Origin: Phoronis australis | Taxonomy: Eukaryota > Animalia > Phoronida | Assembly: GCA_002633005.1 (NCBI GenBank) | Contig: NMRA01000222.1 | Span: forward strand, 124,001-188,000 | Direction: 5' to 3' | Length of the DNA: 64,000 bases | Part shown: in pieces, positions 51,101 to 64,000 of the stretch | Layout: the number at the start of each line of letters is the position of its first letter | Numbering within the stretch: position 1 is the stretch's first letter | Made by a program: the position numbers and the translations under genes | Notes under the pieces: generated by a model | What the model saw: only the letters and a program-made list of their open reading frames with translations | Told to the model about the DNA's origin: nothing | Databases searched by the model: none

Positions 51101-53274
51101 TGCAGTGCCTCATCATGTCGCCTCTTTTTCATAGTGATGAGGAAGAACTGACAACTGCCCCACCCTCGGTCAGCAACACACCTGCCCCGCCCTCAGCTAG
51201 CAACATACCCGGCCCTTCCTCGGCCAGGAACACTCCTGATCAGGTATGTACACAAAGGTTCACATTTGGTACTTGTGCCTGATGCTTCATGCTCTTGTCT
51301 CACTCTACGTTTTAGTAATCCTGGCATGAAATGCAATGGAATTTAATTGTTAGATGTCCTTGTGACTTATCACCCATTATCTTTAAGTGCATTCCTGTAG
51401 TTATCAATAGGTGGCAGTCTTGCTGTCAATGATAATCCTTGTCCAGTGACATGTTTGTAACACAATTTTGGCAGCAATAATCAATTCCTAATATCTGTCA
51501 TTGCAATCGTAACGAATCTGTTAAAGAACCATGTGTCTCAGAGGAGACTGATTTCTCACACAGTGCACGCTCTAAAATTCCTATTAGGATTTCGCCACTG
51601 TACTGTCGTGTATCTATTGAGGTTTGAGTCTCTAGAACTGAAAGGGCAACAATAAGTGGAATGCTGTAGCCATACACTGAATATGCATGGCAGCTTACCC
51701 AGAGTGTTGGTCAATTTGGAGCGCCATTTACTTGACAATGATGAGCATTTTTTTTGTTCTTTTCTGAGAATCTTGAACTGAGCTCATGTATGTATGTGTT
51801 CCTTTTTGTCGTTTTGTAATTTATTAGAAAATTAATGTGCTTCCCAAAGTAGTCTTGCTGTTGGTCAGAGAGTGCTATAATTATACAGCTGGTCACATGC
51901 TTTTGATGCTGTGATGAAGTAGCACGTACTTGTTGAGTACTGAAAACTTTAAACTATTTTGACATCAGACAACCCGGATGTGAAATAACTAGAATTGTGT
52001 TTGTATTTGTCATTCACATTTTACACATTGTGTGATCTGAAGCTAATTAGCAGTAAAACGGGACTGCAAAAAGGTGGTTGTTAAAAATAGATGTGAGGAA
52101 ATCCAAAAAGAAACCCTGAAGATGCATGCAAAATTGCTATGTGACGAATTAGAAACAAAATAATATACGGTGAAGTTACGCGCGAAAACTACCAAGTATA
52201 AGCAAGAAACATGTAACAAAAAGTGGAGTGCGGTTGGGTGGAAAGCCGATAAAACAATTATTGAGAGAATGAATAAGAAGTAGACACAATCAATAATAGA
52301 AAAAGAATTGTGAACGTGAAACCAGAAAGTACAGAACATATTTAGGAGGAAAAGCAGGCGTATGGTAAGATTGAAGACAATGTACGGACTAAAAAAATCA
52401 CGTACTGGTGTCTCAATAAAGATGTGAGTACCACATGGTGCAGGTTCAGCATTCCTATAATACTCTGGGCTGATCCTGATGTTATGCTGATTTTGGGCAT
52501 ATTGCATACCTCTGTATTGACCAGTACAGCACTGGGTTGAACACACTGTGTTTTGGTTCTTTATTATGACGAGTTTGAGGGCCCTCTTGGAAAGCAGTGC
52601 TATCACTGAAGAGGCCACCCTCATTTTAAATATCACAATAATAAATGAATAAATAAATAAATAAATAAAAGTTGATGTCCCTGATTACACATGATAGCAT
52701 TATGGACAAAGGGGAGTTCTTTGACTGATTCAGTGAGGAGTTTTTGTGCTAATTCAAAGGACCAAGTTAGCACCTCAGGGACTTTAAGGACACTGGGATA
52801 ATCATTGATAAATTAGCATAATCAATGATAAATTAGCATAATCAATGATAGATTAGCATAATCAATGAATAAATTATTTGATTTGTAATCATTATCCACA
52901 CAGGTGACAAAAAGTAAAATTTGTTCATGTAACGACTTAAAGTTGTCACAGTTAGTGAACGGTTCATGCATATTCAGTCAGCCCAAAATGCATTGGGCAG
53001 TGGTAAACTTGTGTGAATAGGTGTTTACCCTAATCCACCTTCCTCTTAGCAACAGTCCGTCTCAAGACCAGTGTCGAACAATAACACCCAGCCCAGCCCC
53101 AGTCGATCACACGCTCAAGGTCAAAAAGCCACACCTGTGCCAGGAGACCAGCCTGCCACACCCGATCAACAGAGGTCAGGCGAGTCATTACCACCTTCCA
53201 GACAGGGGCAGGCAAGGTCGGGGTCAAAAGACGGTCAGCCTGAAGCAAAGCCGGACAACGCTGCTGCAAAATGA
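42102..53274 (+). CDS. uncharacterised multi-exon protein (~447 aa), N-terminal coiled coil, helical core, P/S/Q-rich tail
   Basis: Thirteen GT-AG exons with matching phases and no internal stop: 42102-42128, 42600-42696, 44131-44239, 44730-44824, 45776-45899, 46337-46436, 46930-47012, 47526-47625, 48186-48284, 48878-48981, 50312-50383, 51135-51243, 53050-53274. Begins MERYKVLNRARLNKSSLLSQELINTFG. Probable 5' UTR exon ends at 41852 (gtgagt); exon 2 starts at 41922. The start and the last exon are less certain. Confidence 0.82.
42221..42340. repeat. 40-bp tandem repeat x3
   Basis: atattgtctgatattcagaacagtgttacaggcccttgaa repeated three times (one substitution). Confidence 0.95.
52030..52669 (+). 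mobile_element. probable non-LTR retrotransposon 3' remnant
   Basis: A-rich, Lys-rich degenerate reading frame (…KTTKYKQETCNKKW…) ending in an (AAAT)n tail at about 52637-52669. Confidence 0.35.
52797..52868. repeat. 20-bp tandem repeat x3-4
   Basis: gataaattagcataatcaat units. Confidence 0.9.
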
Positions 53275-56200
53275 TGGTAAACGCCAATTCTGTGAACTCT
53301 TTATAAACTCCATTGAATTAGTCGTGTTGTGTAGCTAAATTATCACATTCTCAAGGCAAGCAAGGTTCTCATGTGACATCTTCACTAAGATTTGACTTGA
53401 AAAGTGACCTAGTTTGTGGCATGCTAACTAGACTGAACTTTGTTAGTTAGCAGTGTATCTGGTCAGTCCTTGAGTCGAATCCCTTGTAAAGTTTTAGTCG
53501 TCCAATGTGCCAGTTATCAGATGACAGTCACGTGGATGTATGGAGAGTTTGGGAGTGGGGTGCACTTTGTAGATGTATGTACCATTCTTTGTCATGTTTT
53601 CGCTGTTCACCTATTTCGTGAATACATCTGTATCTGAAATAGTGCAGTTATTGACAATCAACAAATTTTCACTTCACTGAAACTGCCTGATGGATATTCT
53701 TTTTATATAAGCTAATATAATAAACTGGTTGTCTTTTGTCCAAGTTTTAGTACTTTTCAGCACGTGGATAGTTGAATTCTTTCTACTGAATCAGGACAGG
53801 ATCTTGCGTTTTCCAATGGATAAGTCAAGCTTAACTCACATTCTTAAAATTTTGCTGCTTGTTTTCACATGTAGGCACATATGCCTAATTCTAGATGTTT
53901 GCACAGCTTTGTGTTAAGGTGTATGGACCAGAATATGCGCATTTGAAAGCCGGTGGCAGTAGATTCGTGGTTAATCGATGTTTGGCGTTGTTCTATAGAA
54001 TGCGGTGCAATCAATGACAAAAAGACTTGCATCTGTCTTAATTTCTTATATCTTCAGGTAAAGCATGAGTCGAGACTCTTCTCAAAATGGGGTTGGCCTT
54101 TCAAGGTGCGACATACTGGATACTGTGTATGGCAAGAGCATATTACCAATCTCTATGGCAACAATGATTCAACTTCACAGCTGCACAATATATGATGTTC
54201 TCTACAGGATTGACAGTTTCCATTTAGACACAGGTGGAAAAGGAAGGATTAAATTTTGTTAAAATTTACAGAAAATGTTATGAAAGTTTTTCCTTCATTG
54301 TTACGCTGTTTTTGCATACAGTTGTCGCCAACAGCTTTTAATACGGGTTTTGGTACGTGTAACAATGTAGGAAGCCTGTTGTGAGACGTATTTTGATGGT
54401 TATCTGTACTTGAATGTGACAGGCAAATTAGCATTGTACTAGTAGTCCATGAGCTGTAGTGAGTGCTATACGAGACCTGTTTCTTTACTGGTTTTTGTTT
54501 TTTGACTTTTGGGTAAAAATTAATCTACAAAGGACTTAACCTGCTTCACGAAAAATCAGGTTAAATCTGAAATTCAGAAAATCTGTCTCCAACTCGAAGT
54601 CAAAGGACAGAAATCCACAGTCTACTCAAATAGACAGAAAACAAAACGTTTCAAGAAATGCAAATTACAAAAAATCAAATTTCGGCGACTCCTCAGATTG
54701 CTGACTTTTTGGCTTAATAAGTCAAAAGACAATGGCCAATGGTCACTTTAGAAACAAGACGGTTTATTTTTTCTATGGCCAAGTTAATGTAATAAATATT
54801 TCCAATTCATTATGTAAAAATAGTTCCCACGAACAAGTTGCACATTTTCGGTAAACACTATGTTTTTATCATAACAATGTTAAGCATTAGAGGGTGCTGT
54901 AAACATCTATCACAGACTGAGAAACCCATTTTCTGGTACTCGCAGTAGATGCAAATTACATAACTACCATGGGTACCAGAGTAAGAAACCCATTATTTAA
55001 GTACCTTTAAGATGGTTTAGCCAAAGCTATTATTTTTATCTTAAATTTTATGATGAAATGACTGACAGTGACATGCTTTTGTGCACAAAACATGCACAAC
55101 AGTATTTTTCTGGGTGTTTGAAGGGTCGGAAAAAATTTCGAATTATGAGTGAAGTGTAAATTTTACCTTACGTTCATTGTATGGAGAGAGTGCCCCACTT
55201 CTGTCTACAAAACAAAATATATACTCCTACTAAAGTCTATGTGAAACACAGTTTTACTTTAAGATTCCCCTTACTTTATTTTCATAATTTTGCAAAAAAA
55301 AGAATGTCAGTTCATGAGCCAAAATTTCATTTTTGGATTTCTTGTGTTAATTTGCGTTTTTTACTACGAATCTGTCTGTCTATTATAATTGATAATAACA
55401 CTGGTATCAAAAATTTGTGACATAAACTTTGCATGTTACTTAGGCCTCCTACAGACAAATACTGAGAGACAGTGACTTCGGTTTGTACTCAGCACCTCGA
55501 CCAGCCTGCTTTAGGAATTTTACAAGTGTTTTCATTATTTTGTTCTCTGTTGCAGTTTTCGATGATGAAAATTGATGATCAAATGTTTCTTGCTGTTTCC
55601 TTATATTTCTGCAGCTTACAGTGACCTGTTATCAACTGCATTACATTTGCAGTTGAGACTTAGTCTGCTCTTAGTAACAAGGTTTTCAAAAGGTGAACTC
55701 TAGATTTGAATATTTTGTCGTGTTTCACCAAATTAAGCGCAGCATTAGTGGAAAATGTGCATCTTTATATGCAGGAGATATTTGTGCGTTTAGTACGGCA
55801 ATGGGTGAGGTGGAAAATGTCAAAATAAAGTTGCCCCCTCTGTTGAGAGCTGACTGACTCAGGGTATGTGTCCCACTCCTCTTAGCTGTTTCTCTGTGGT
55901 GAATGGATGTAGAGGAGTTAATGAGATCCTGCCTATAATGCGAATGTGGTTTACAAAAGCGTGTATAGATCAAAATCAAAATATTCATTTTAGACGTTTG
56001 GAAGCTTTTCATGGTGGTCGTAGATGAGATTGTTATGTTTAGTTCATTTGATGACATCTATTGTCTTTCTCAATGTAGTTACCTATTTTTGCATATTTGA
56101 TTTTAGCCAGAGTGAATTTTTATTCTTATACAATCTTTAAATTTGGCATTGTTCTTGAAGTCTTCCTATTTGCCTTATGTTTGTTACGGGTATTTAAAGT

Positions 56201-56519
56201 GATGTGTTCCTTTTTGTGCCACAAGATATTATAGTCTATCTATGTAACCCAAGAAAAAGAGTTTTGATCATTTTAGTTATATAATGTTGTATACAGCCTT
56301 CCTTGAACAAATTTCTTGTTATCCTGGACCCATTGAACAAAGAGCAATGCTTTTACAGCACAAGAAAACACGATCTAAGTGCTCAAGCACAGGCACATCA
56401 AACGGTACATGAAATGGCCTTTTTGCGTCACAAGGTCAGTGTGAGAAAACAGCAAGAAAATAATTACCGACAGCAGTAATTTTGAGCATTCTATGGTAGC
56501 CGTGGGAGAAGTATGCGCC

Positions 56520-56610
56520 TGCCGCGGATTCAAGAGTATATTGAATAACACCAAAATGAACGGGTGCCGCGGGTACGAGAGTATATTGAATAGAACACCA
56601 AAATGAACGG
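56520..56610. repeat. ~45-bp tandem duplication
   Basis: tgccgcgg...gagtatattgaata(ga)acaccaaaatgaacgg occurs twice. Confidence 0.85.
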
Positions 56611-59600
56611 ATGTTGTTCTTAACAGTTTGCCCTGACAAAGAATTCTCGTTGTGACGTAACAGTTGTTTTCAAACTCAACTGGACAACGTTGAAATTCGA
56701 CAGTTTCGGCCCTCAAACGTTGATCAATCAAATAACCATTCAATTTAGACTAGAATCTGCTTCGATTCTACCTTCGGGACAGATCTTGCTTCGTCCACGT
56801 TGTCAAAATTGCAAGTTCACTTCATGGGTCCATTACATAAATAAGAATTAGCGGCTGGGGACACGAACGTCACATTAAAATCCGACAAAAGTTTGGTGAA
56901 AACGATTTGCCGGTCGAGTTCGATTATCTTAACCATTACTCCCCAGTGTTTTTACATTGCTTTGGGCATCATTGGAAGGTTTTAAAATTCCAAATATGCG
57001 CAAAAACGACCAGATTTGCAAAAAATGTAACGAAAATTATTTACAAGAGTTACTGTTATTTTTGATATGGCTAGCAGTTTATTTACACTTTGTAATTTCC
57101 TTATTATTAAAGTCTTTTTTCAAAAAATTTTGCCACTCTTGAGGATCCGTAGGGAATAACGCACTCTTATCAGTGGCAGGGTACCTCGTATTTGAATGAT
57201 TTTGGTGTTGGTATTTTCTTGTAATTGATAAGTCTTTTATGGGAATCTGTCTTCCTGAAGAGATAGCAACTCTGAGTACATCGCTCTGGATTTCATATTG
57301 CCAGTTCCAAAATAGACATCACGGCGCTTGTTTAACTCTGTCGTTACGACCATGTTCCTAGGTAAAGGCTCGCGAATGAATTCTCAAATAATTAGCAAAG
57401 TACATCATTGGTAAATGACAAATTTTCACTTGACGAGTTTTCTAAGTCGTACCAGACGCAGCCAGGAGATTCGCCAGCCTTGTATACCCCATGATGCACC
57501 TATCATGTGAGTGTCGAGAGTACTAGTGCTCTACCCCTGCCGGGACCGATTCTTTGGGGGAGACTGTCAGTTTGCAATATCAGACTTCAATCACTGCAAT
57601 TATGATAGATAACGCCATGCACAACATTTTATCCCTTTTTATGTTGTATTGTCTGCGTCGTAAGCCGCTGTTCACGAAAAATTGCCAAATTCACAAAAGG
57701 AACACATTTCTGCCTCATCAGAATCCTTGCTGCGGAACGAGAACATTCTACGGTAGGTGTCCGCTGCCTGATCCTTAAACAACCCTGGGCATGTGGCACA
57801 AACTGAGCCATAACACCAGTCCACGCTCCTTACAATATCTCTTTTTATCACTCCGGCAGGTCTGCTCACTCAGCTTGTCCGGAGCCTGCTTTGCTAAGTA
57901 GTTTTAGCCCAGTTGACTGGTGTACCCACTTGGAACTCTATATGATATTTGCCCATTTGGCAGTTTGTACCCATTTCGTAGCACTTACTGAATTTGCCGT
58001 TTTGCTCGAACCACTTGGTAGGCAATCGGCCAATACCTATTTGGTATTATGTACCCATTTGGTAGGCCCTACTATACTAACCCGTGCCACTTCGATACAC
58101 ATTGGGTATCGTAAATGTGTATGTTATCTCTTACAATTAAGGTACCCAACTGGTACCTTCTGTAAAGTAATTAATTGTAGAGCCGTGACCCTGAAATCTC
58201 TAGTGTTGTTTTATTTGTCCCCAATAATTCATATTCGCGACAACCCTCCTAGAATTTTCAAATAATATGGCGCTGATATAATGAATGCGTTGCGCCTAAG
58301 ATTTGGTTCATTTCGGCATCCCGGCGGGGAAACAAAAAATATAACGACGCATAGTTTGCCTCTCCTAACATTCTCACGGAACTGGAACTATATGATTTGA
58401 CCAGGGCCAAGGACTGCTCCACGTATACTGCATAGCAACGGAAATAAGACGGGATTCATGAGACTACGGTGGAAATCAGTTGTTTTTTAGTTTTTCGAAC
58501 CATGCGTACACCAGTAGTCATTATCAATCATTTTTTACTTTTACCGTAGTCTTATTTGTCTGAATGTATGTCTTTTTGGTATGTTGTATTGTGTTGTGTT
58601 ATTTTGTGGGCCGTCGTTAACAAATCAATGAATCGATGCACTCGTTACTGGTAGTAATTAGGTAACGCCGTGCACTGTGATTTTGCCTAGGCATTCCCTG
58701 ACGTCATGAAAAGGGGTGTCTTGCACCTTACGTTCTAGGCAACTTGTTTGCTCTGTATAGGCTGCGCAGCACTAAAAAAGCGGTGTGCTATAGCCCTCCC
58801 AGCCCCCTTTGGGGTGTGCCTCCCATGACCCATGGGCGTCGCAGCATTGAAATAATTGGGGGTTATAGCCCCCCATGAATCCATATTTTAAAGTAGGTAA
58901 TTTGAAATTTTAAGTAATTTGCACAATCCTTACAAGAAAGGATAATCAGTAGATTTAGTGAATTTAGTTGTGTCCCTAGTATTTGGGACTGTTTCGTGCA
59001 ACCGGACGCTGAGGTCTGTTTCATTAAAATATAACTGCTTCGTTTTTACGCAGAGTCTTTTAAACGGAGACCTTTACGCCAAAACTTACGATTGGTGGTC
59101 GTAAGCCTCTGTTAGACGCTGTGCAAAAAAATCGTAAAGTTACGACAGTTGCACGGTTATGAAACGAATAGAACCGTGTAATCTGTCTGAGGGCACTTGG
59201 ACCTAGTATAGTAACAGGGGAGTAATCCGTGACGTGTTACGTCAGGTATCGAGCAGCGCTAAGTTTGAACAAAGCATGCTCTCATGTATTTCCCTCCGCC
59301 ACTTGTTTTGCTCGCGTCCAGCGTAGTAAGTGCTACGTGTATAAATATATAATTGGGTATTGTTAATATTCCAACCTCAACTATAATCGTGGAATCGTAT
59401 CGGCTGATGCCGCACGTCTCGCGGTTGTCAGAATCGTGAGAATTTAATATACGTCTTAATATTAGAATTTGTTATTCTAGGAAGTGGACATATTCCATTA
59501 ATTATTTAACACTACGACTTCCCTATGCGTATGATCGTAATCAGTGCTAACCCAGTTTTGGTTGAAACCACAATACAACCCGGCCATCAAATCTCGTACT

Positions 59601-60456
59601 CATTGTCAATACACATACAATGTAAGTGGCCAACATTTATGTTGGCTCTGTGAAATCACCGTCGTGCCAAGTGTCCATTTTCCGACTCGGTGATTTTGAT
59701 ATGATCAGGTTGTGGTCCTGTCATAAAACGCGGGATTTGTTTGTTACCCTCCACCCGCATTCTGTAGCCATGTAATGAACCTGTTCGATTGCGCGGGTGA
59801 ATTGTCTGTGATGACATGTACGAAGGTTTTGATATGTCATTACGTTCACGTCACCTGTACAGTTGTGAACGTATGTATCACATGCACTGTTAGTGTAACG
59901 CCACAAAAGATCTCTCGCTCCGGGTGCTGTCACTGTGTGTTCACTATGCACCAGGCCGTGTATGACTATCACTTCATCTTTCCTGAGGCACACGCTTGCT
60001 TACTGTGACGCAACACTGTGTTTGTGGCATCGCTCTAGTGCGGCTGCCGCTCACTCCGTGAAAATTCCGGTCATTTGTTCTAACATTTGTGCTGCAAAAC
60101 CCTGTCGTGGTGGCGTCACTGATGCGAGCATCTGGGCAAAGTCGTTTACTCCTCGTGAAACGTGATAATCCATGCTCTGACTTTGGCCTCCAGAATTTTC
60201 TGAAAAATCAACAATACAAGATTTCAATTAATATAGCATCTTACGAGGCCCATATGGCTTTCGGAATCTATCAGCATTTTTGATTTAGCTGGCTGTAAAA
60301 CGAGAATCAAATTGGCCTTTTTACTCTTCATAAAATTGGTATCTTAAATTTTTGATCATACGATTCTTTGTCCACTACAAACAGCAATATCGAAACCATC
60401 AGCGACTCAAGAAAACGATTCAAATTTTATTGAGGTTCACGCCAACCCTAAACTTT

Positions 60457-60568
60457 TGAAATCAAAAATGGCGCATGGACGCATTGCTTGCAACTTGAGA
60501 TAGTAACGGAAATGAAATCAAAAATGGCGCATGGACGCATTGCTTGCAACTTGAGTTACTAACGGAAA
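60457..60568. repeat. 56-bp tandem duplication
   Basis: tgaaatcaaaaatggcgcatggacgcattgcttgcaacttgag...taacggaaa occurs twice. Confidence 0.9.
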
Positions 60569-63500
60569 TGGAATCTCGTCACGCTAGGATTATTATGAGA
60601 CCGTTTTCATAAAAGTAAAAGGCCTAATTCAATTTTCGTTTGTAGCCCAGCTAAACAGAGAAAATGCAATCTTTACATTTCCTTTGACTGCGTGCTTGAA
60701 CAAAATAACCCTCAAAGTCTAATTGGTCATCTTTGCGACAAAAATGATAAAGTTTGCTATGAGAACTGAAATTGTCACATTTTCAACTAACAAGAAACCA
60801 AATCCACAGATTCGCGAGAGAGTCGAGTGTAAATAGTATGTTACTTTCATACGTAAACTTACAGAGTACGGATTACGCTTAGTCTAAAATAAGCTCCAAA
60901 TATGTTTAGTATTTACTAAAATTGAATGAATCAAAACCTAGCTACAGTATTTACATACGTATTATGAAATTTTGAAGGTCACCCGGCACTTAATGTTATT
61001 ACCAGTTTAGAGCATAAGAGAGCTATTTTTGTCAGTCGAAATATATCACCGTTTATTCTTTGTACATAAAAGGCCACCGGCCCATAGTACTCACCAAGCA
61101 TATATTCAGACACACTGATGCATTAAAGAACAATCAGGCTGCTGTAGCATTCAGACACTAGTTCTTATGACAAAGGCTTTCTTGATGAATTTTGACAGAT
61201 ACATCGTTAAAAGAATACAATTACTTACTACTTTGAGTGTCTTTCGCCATCAAATTCACGTGAAAAGCGAGCGTAAATACACTGAGTAGTGCACGCGCAT
61301 TCCCCAAAAGGTACGCATCAGACATTGGTAAAATAGTCAAAAAAATGTTCTCACTCAATGTCTTAACACCTTTTGAGAATGTAGTTCCTTGCAGTTAGTG
61401 ATTTTTTGAAAACTGGGTTAGATCTCTTTGTTTTAGCAATATGTTCCTCAAGTGGTCACGATTTGTGCACATTTATTTTTTACCCAGAATGCCGTGCTTT
61501 GTGGCAAAAACAAGTTTTGATTTAGGTCATCGCTGTGAAATTGGTCTCAAGTTGTCCCGTAGTCGAAATAGATGGAATTTCTTGTCTTGGAAAGAATATG
61601 ACATGAAAATTAGCTGAAAAATTAAGAGCTGTCCGTTTTCCCTTGCCTGGGGATCACTTTTGAACTGAGTAGGGAAGAAGACAAGATCAATTTGACCTCA
61701 ATCAACATTTGTTGTTTTTTTTTACAAAAATCATGAACTTAATGCCCCTTTAATCCCATATATCATATTATACTTTTTTTGAACAGAGGAACCTCTCGTT
61801 CCCTTGTTTGATTCGTTTAAGATCGCGACACGTGGATAAATAAACACGTTCATCTCGGACGGTTTAAATGTATTGTTCGAACGCCTCCGGCGACAGTAAG
61901 CGTGCCACACAAATGGCTAGGTTGAGAGTTTTACCTGTCTAGAAACATATTCTCAGTATATTAACACAATGCAATACCAAGGTACTTATGATAAATTGTA
62001 TTACCTCGCAGTAGTGGTTCAATTACGACTGCAATGAATTGTTGGCCAGTACAAAATTACCTGTATTAACAGTCTGAGTAATTGCTCCACTCGACGTTAA
62101 TTGGTTGAGAACACGTGGATCATTGCTAGGACTGGAACTAATTATTTAATGAATTGTTTCCTAAGTCACTTACCTGGTGTTTGTGACGTCGACACCTGAA
62201 TAGATTGATCGCCTATGCGTCTGCGATAATTCGCGGTGTACATATGTTGGTCTGTTGGAATGATCACTGAACATACACGCACAAAACAATAGTTACAATC
62301 CCAACCTCATATCTGAAGGATCTTGTTTTAATGTTTGAAACTAACTAGCCAACAACATCACCATGGTCTTCGTCATCGCTATGGATCTCACTGTTCATTC
62401 CCACCATCATCATAATCATCAGCGGCGTGATCGTCGACGCAGCTATCACCAACGGTCGAAGGTGACAACAGTTTGTAAAATTATTTGGTGCGTTAAGAAA
62501 AGCGCCAAACGCCTTTTGGGAACTTTTCAATTTTCAGAGGTTGGCAGAATTTTACACGGGGTCACACTGCTACCAAATTAGAGTTGCAGTTAGGCACCAT
62601 GCTACTGCGTTTTTTATGATAAAAAATTATAGTAGAAAAACATTCTTTCGTTGAAATTTGAGAGTTTAAAATAATCTACAATGTAAATTATGAAAGATTT
62701 TATGCTTTTCTTCAACGATATATGTACATTGTACATAACCATGTGTATTCTAGAAATATAGATTAAGAACAGTAATTCATTGTTTATTAAAAGAATATGT
62801 AAGAAAATAGCACGCATTTCAGGCACATTACAAGTTCAATACAGAGTACTCGAGATCATTGGGACATAATCGGTTTTAAGGCCGAAACGCGCATTTTTGG
62901 GGATTTTGTTGGATGGGATAGACTTCTTGAAGTTTTTAGCTTTTACCAGAATTAGAAAACAACAAAATCTGTTGTGCTTTTGTGATTTTATTACAAATCA
63001 CCATTTCTCACTGTTGTCTGCTGGGCATTCGCTGAATTCGAGGCCGGTGTCTTTTCCATTTAAAGAGTCCTGGAACGCGATAAACAGACTAAATTGCAAT
63101 ATTGAAGGTAGTTCTCTGCCAACAGAATTCGACCAGCTCGCCTTAACAGGTATTTTTACGATTTGTTCGTAAGGGTTTTTATTTTCTGTTCATATCAAAG
63201 CATTTGCTTTTAGTTTCGAATTTAAAAAACGGTCTGTCAACTGCTCACCACTTCGTCGAATTTTCTTCAACAAGGCAAAGCAAGTTTCCTTAATCGGGTA
63301 TGGCAAGACACAGACGTAGCACATTTCTCTCATGTGGACGACGTGACCTTTGACCTCAAGAGACTTCAAGCAACAGTCTGTGAGTGCATGCGTCCAATTA
63401 TCATAAGTGGGAGATTAGAAACTCTGTGGTAACCACAGAGTTTTCCCTTCGCGCGTATTTCAAAAATAGTGAATGTCGTGATTGATTTTTTTTTCTGTAA

Positions 63501-64000
63501 ATTTCCCCACAGGGGGCGTAAATTTCTCAGTGCTAGACGTTGCGAGGTGGTAATTTCGTCAGAAATTGATCAAAAAATATTTTTGACGAGCTTTCGCGTT
63601 CCATAATTCTTTAACGCGTGGTAGAGCGTTCGGTTGAAACTGGACGGATCTCATAGTGGGCTCGCTTACGCGATACTGCTAATTTCTGTAAATTTACTTT
63701 TCTTGCCAAGAATGTCTCTTTTGGAATAAGTAGTCATAACAATAAGGTTGGGGCGAGACAGGACTTAAAGATAAATAACAAATACTACTGAACCTCCAAA
63801 ACAAACTAACGTCGTTAAATTTCTTATCATTCTCAAACGCATGTGTGTACTGCATTCTCTGAACAAAAATATGTAAAGTTTATATTCAAATTATTTGTAG
63901 TCACATTTGCAACTGAGGATACCCATCACATCATTATAACTTTCTACGGAGGTTTGCCCTAATTGTAAACACCCCCTTCGATGTATTGAGATTCTATGAC

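Noticed and set aside
47770-51950. Intronic GTGATGA boxes (about 47774, 49607, 51911) as C/D snoRNAs
   Set aside because: D boxes are absent or too close, there are no convincing terminal stems, and I recognised no rRNA complementarity.
52043-52636. 197-aa hydrophobic minus-strand ORF
   Set aside because: Antisense of an A-rich retroelement-like remnant; the hydrophobicity follows from T-richness.
63060-64000. TTAA-flanked Kolobok-like termini (also near 381 and 61750)
   Set aside because: Only single unmatched ends are visible, so the elements cannot be delimited.

Overview
Eukaryotic, intron-rich, AT-rich genomic window from a draft assembly (N gaps), most consistent with a marine invertebrate (lophotrochozoan-like repeat landscape; taxon is inference). 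Reading splice sites by hand gives four genes. (1) A minus-strand RanGAP1 orthologue with 12 coding exons (21843->4275, 431 aa). In this window it ends in a 15-aa exon encoding a textbook leucine-rich NES instead of the metazoan SUMO/Ubc9 C-terminal domain. (2) An intronless brainiac-like GT31 beta-1,3-glycosyltransferase (31369->30155). (3) An MZB1/pERp1-like ER protein (38840->36171, 198 aa, ends KEEL). (4) An unrecognised plus-strand gene with 13 coding exons (42102->53274, about 447 aa, coiled-coil plus disordered tail). The rest is dense in non-autonomous DNA transposons (Harbinger, hAT, Merlin-like, Helentron/HINE-like), a decayed hAT transposase, retroelement remnants and short tandem repeats. 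No rRNA, intact tRNA or CRISPR array is visible. Most ORFs in the supplied track are spurious.
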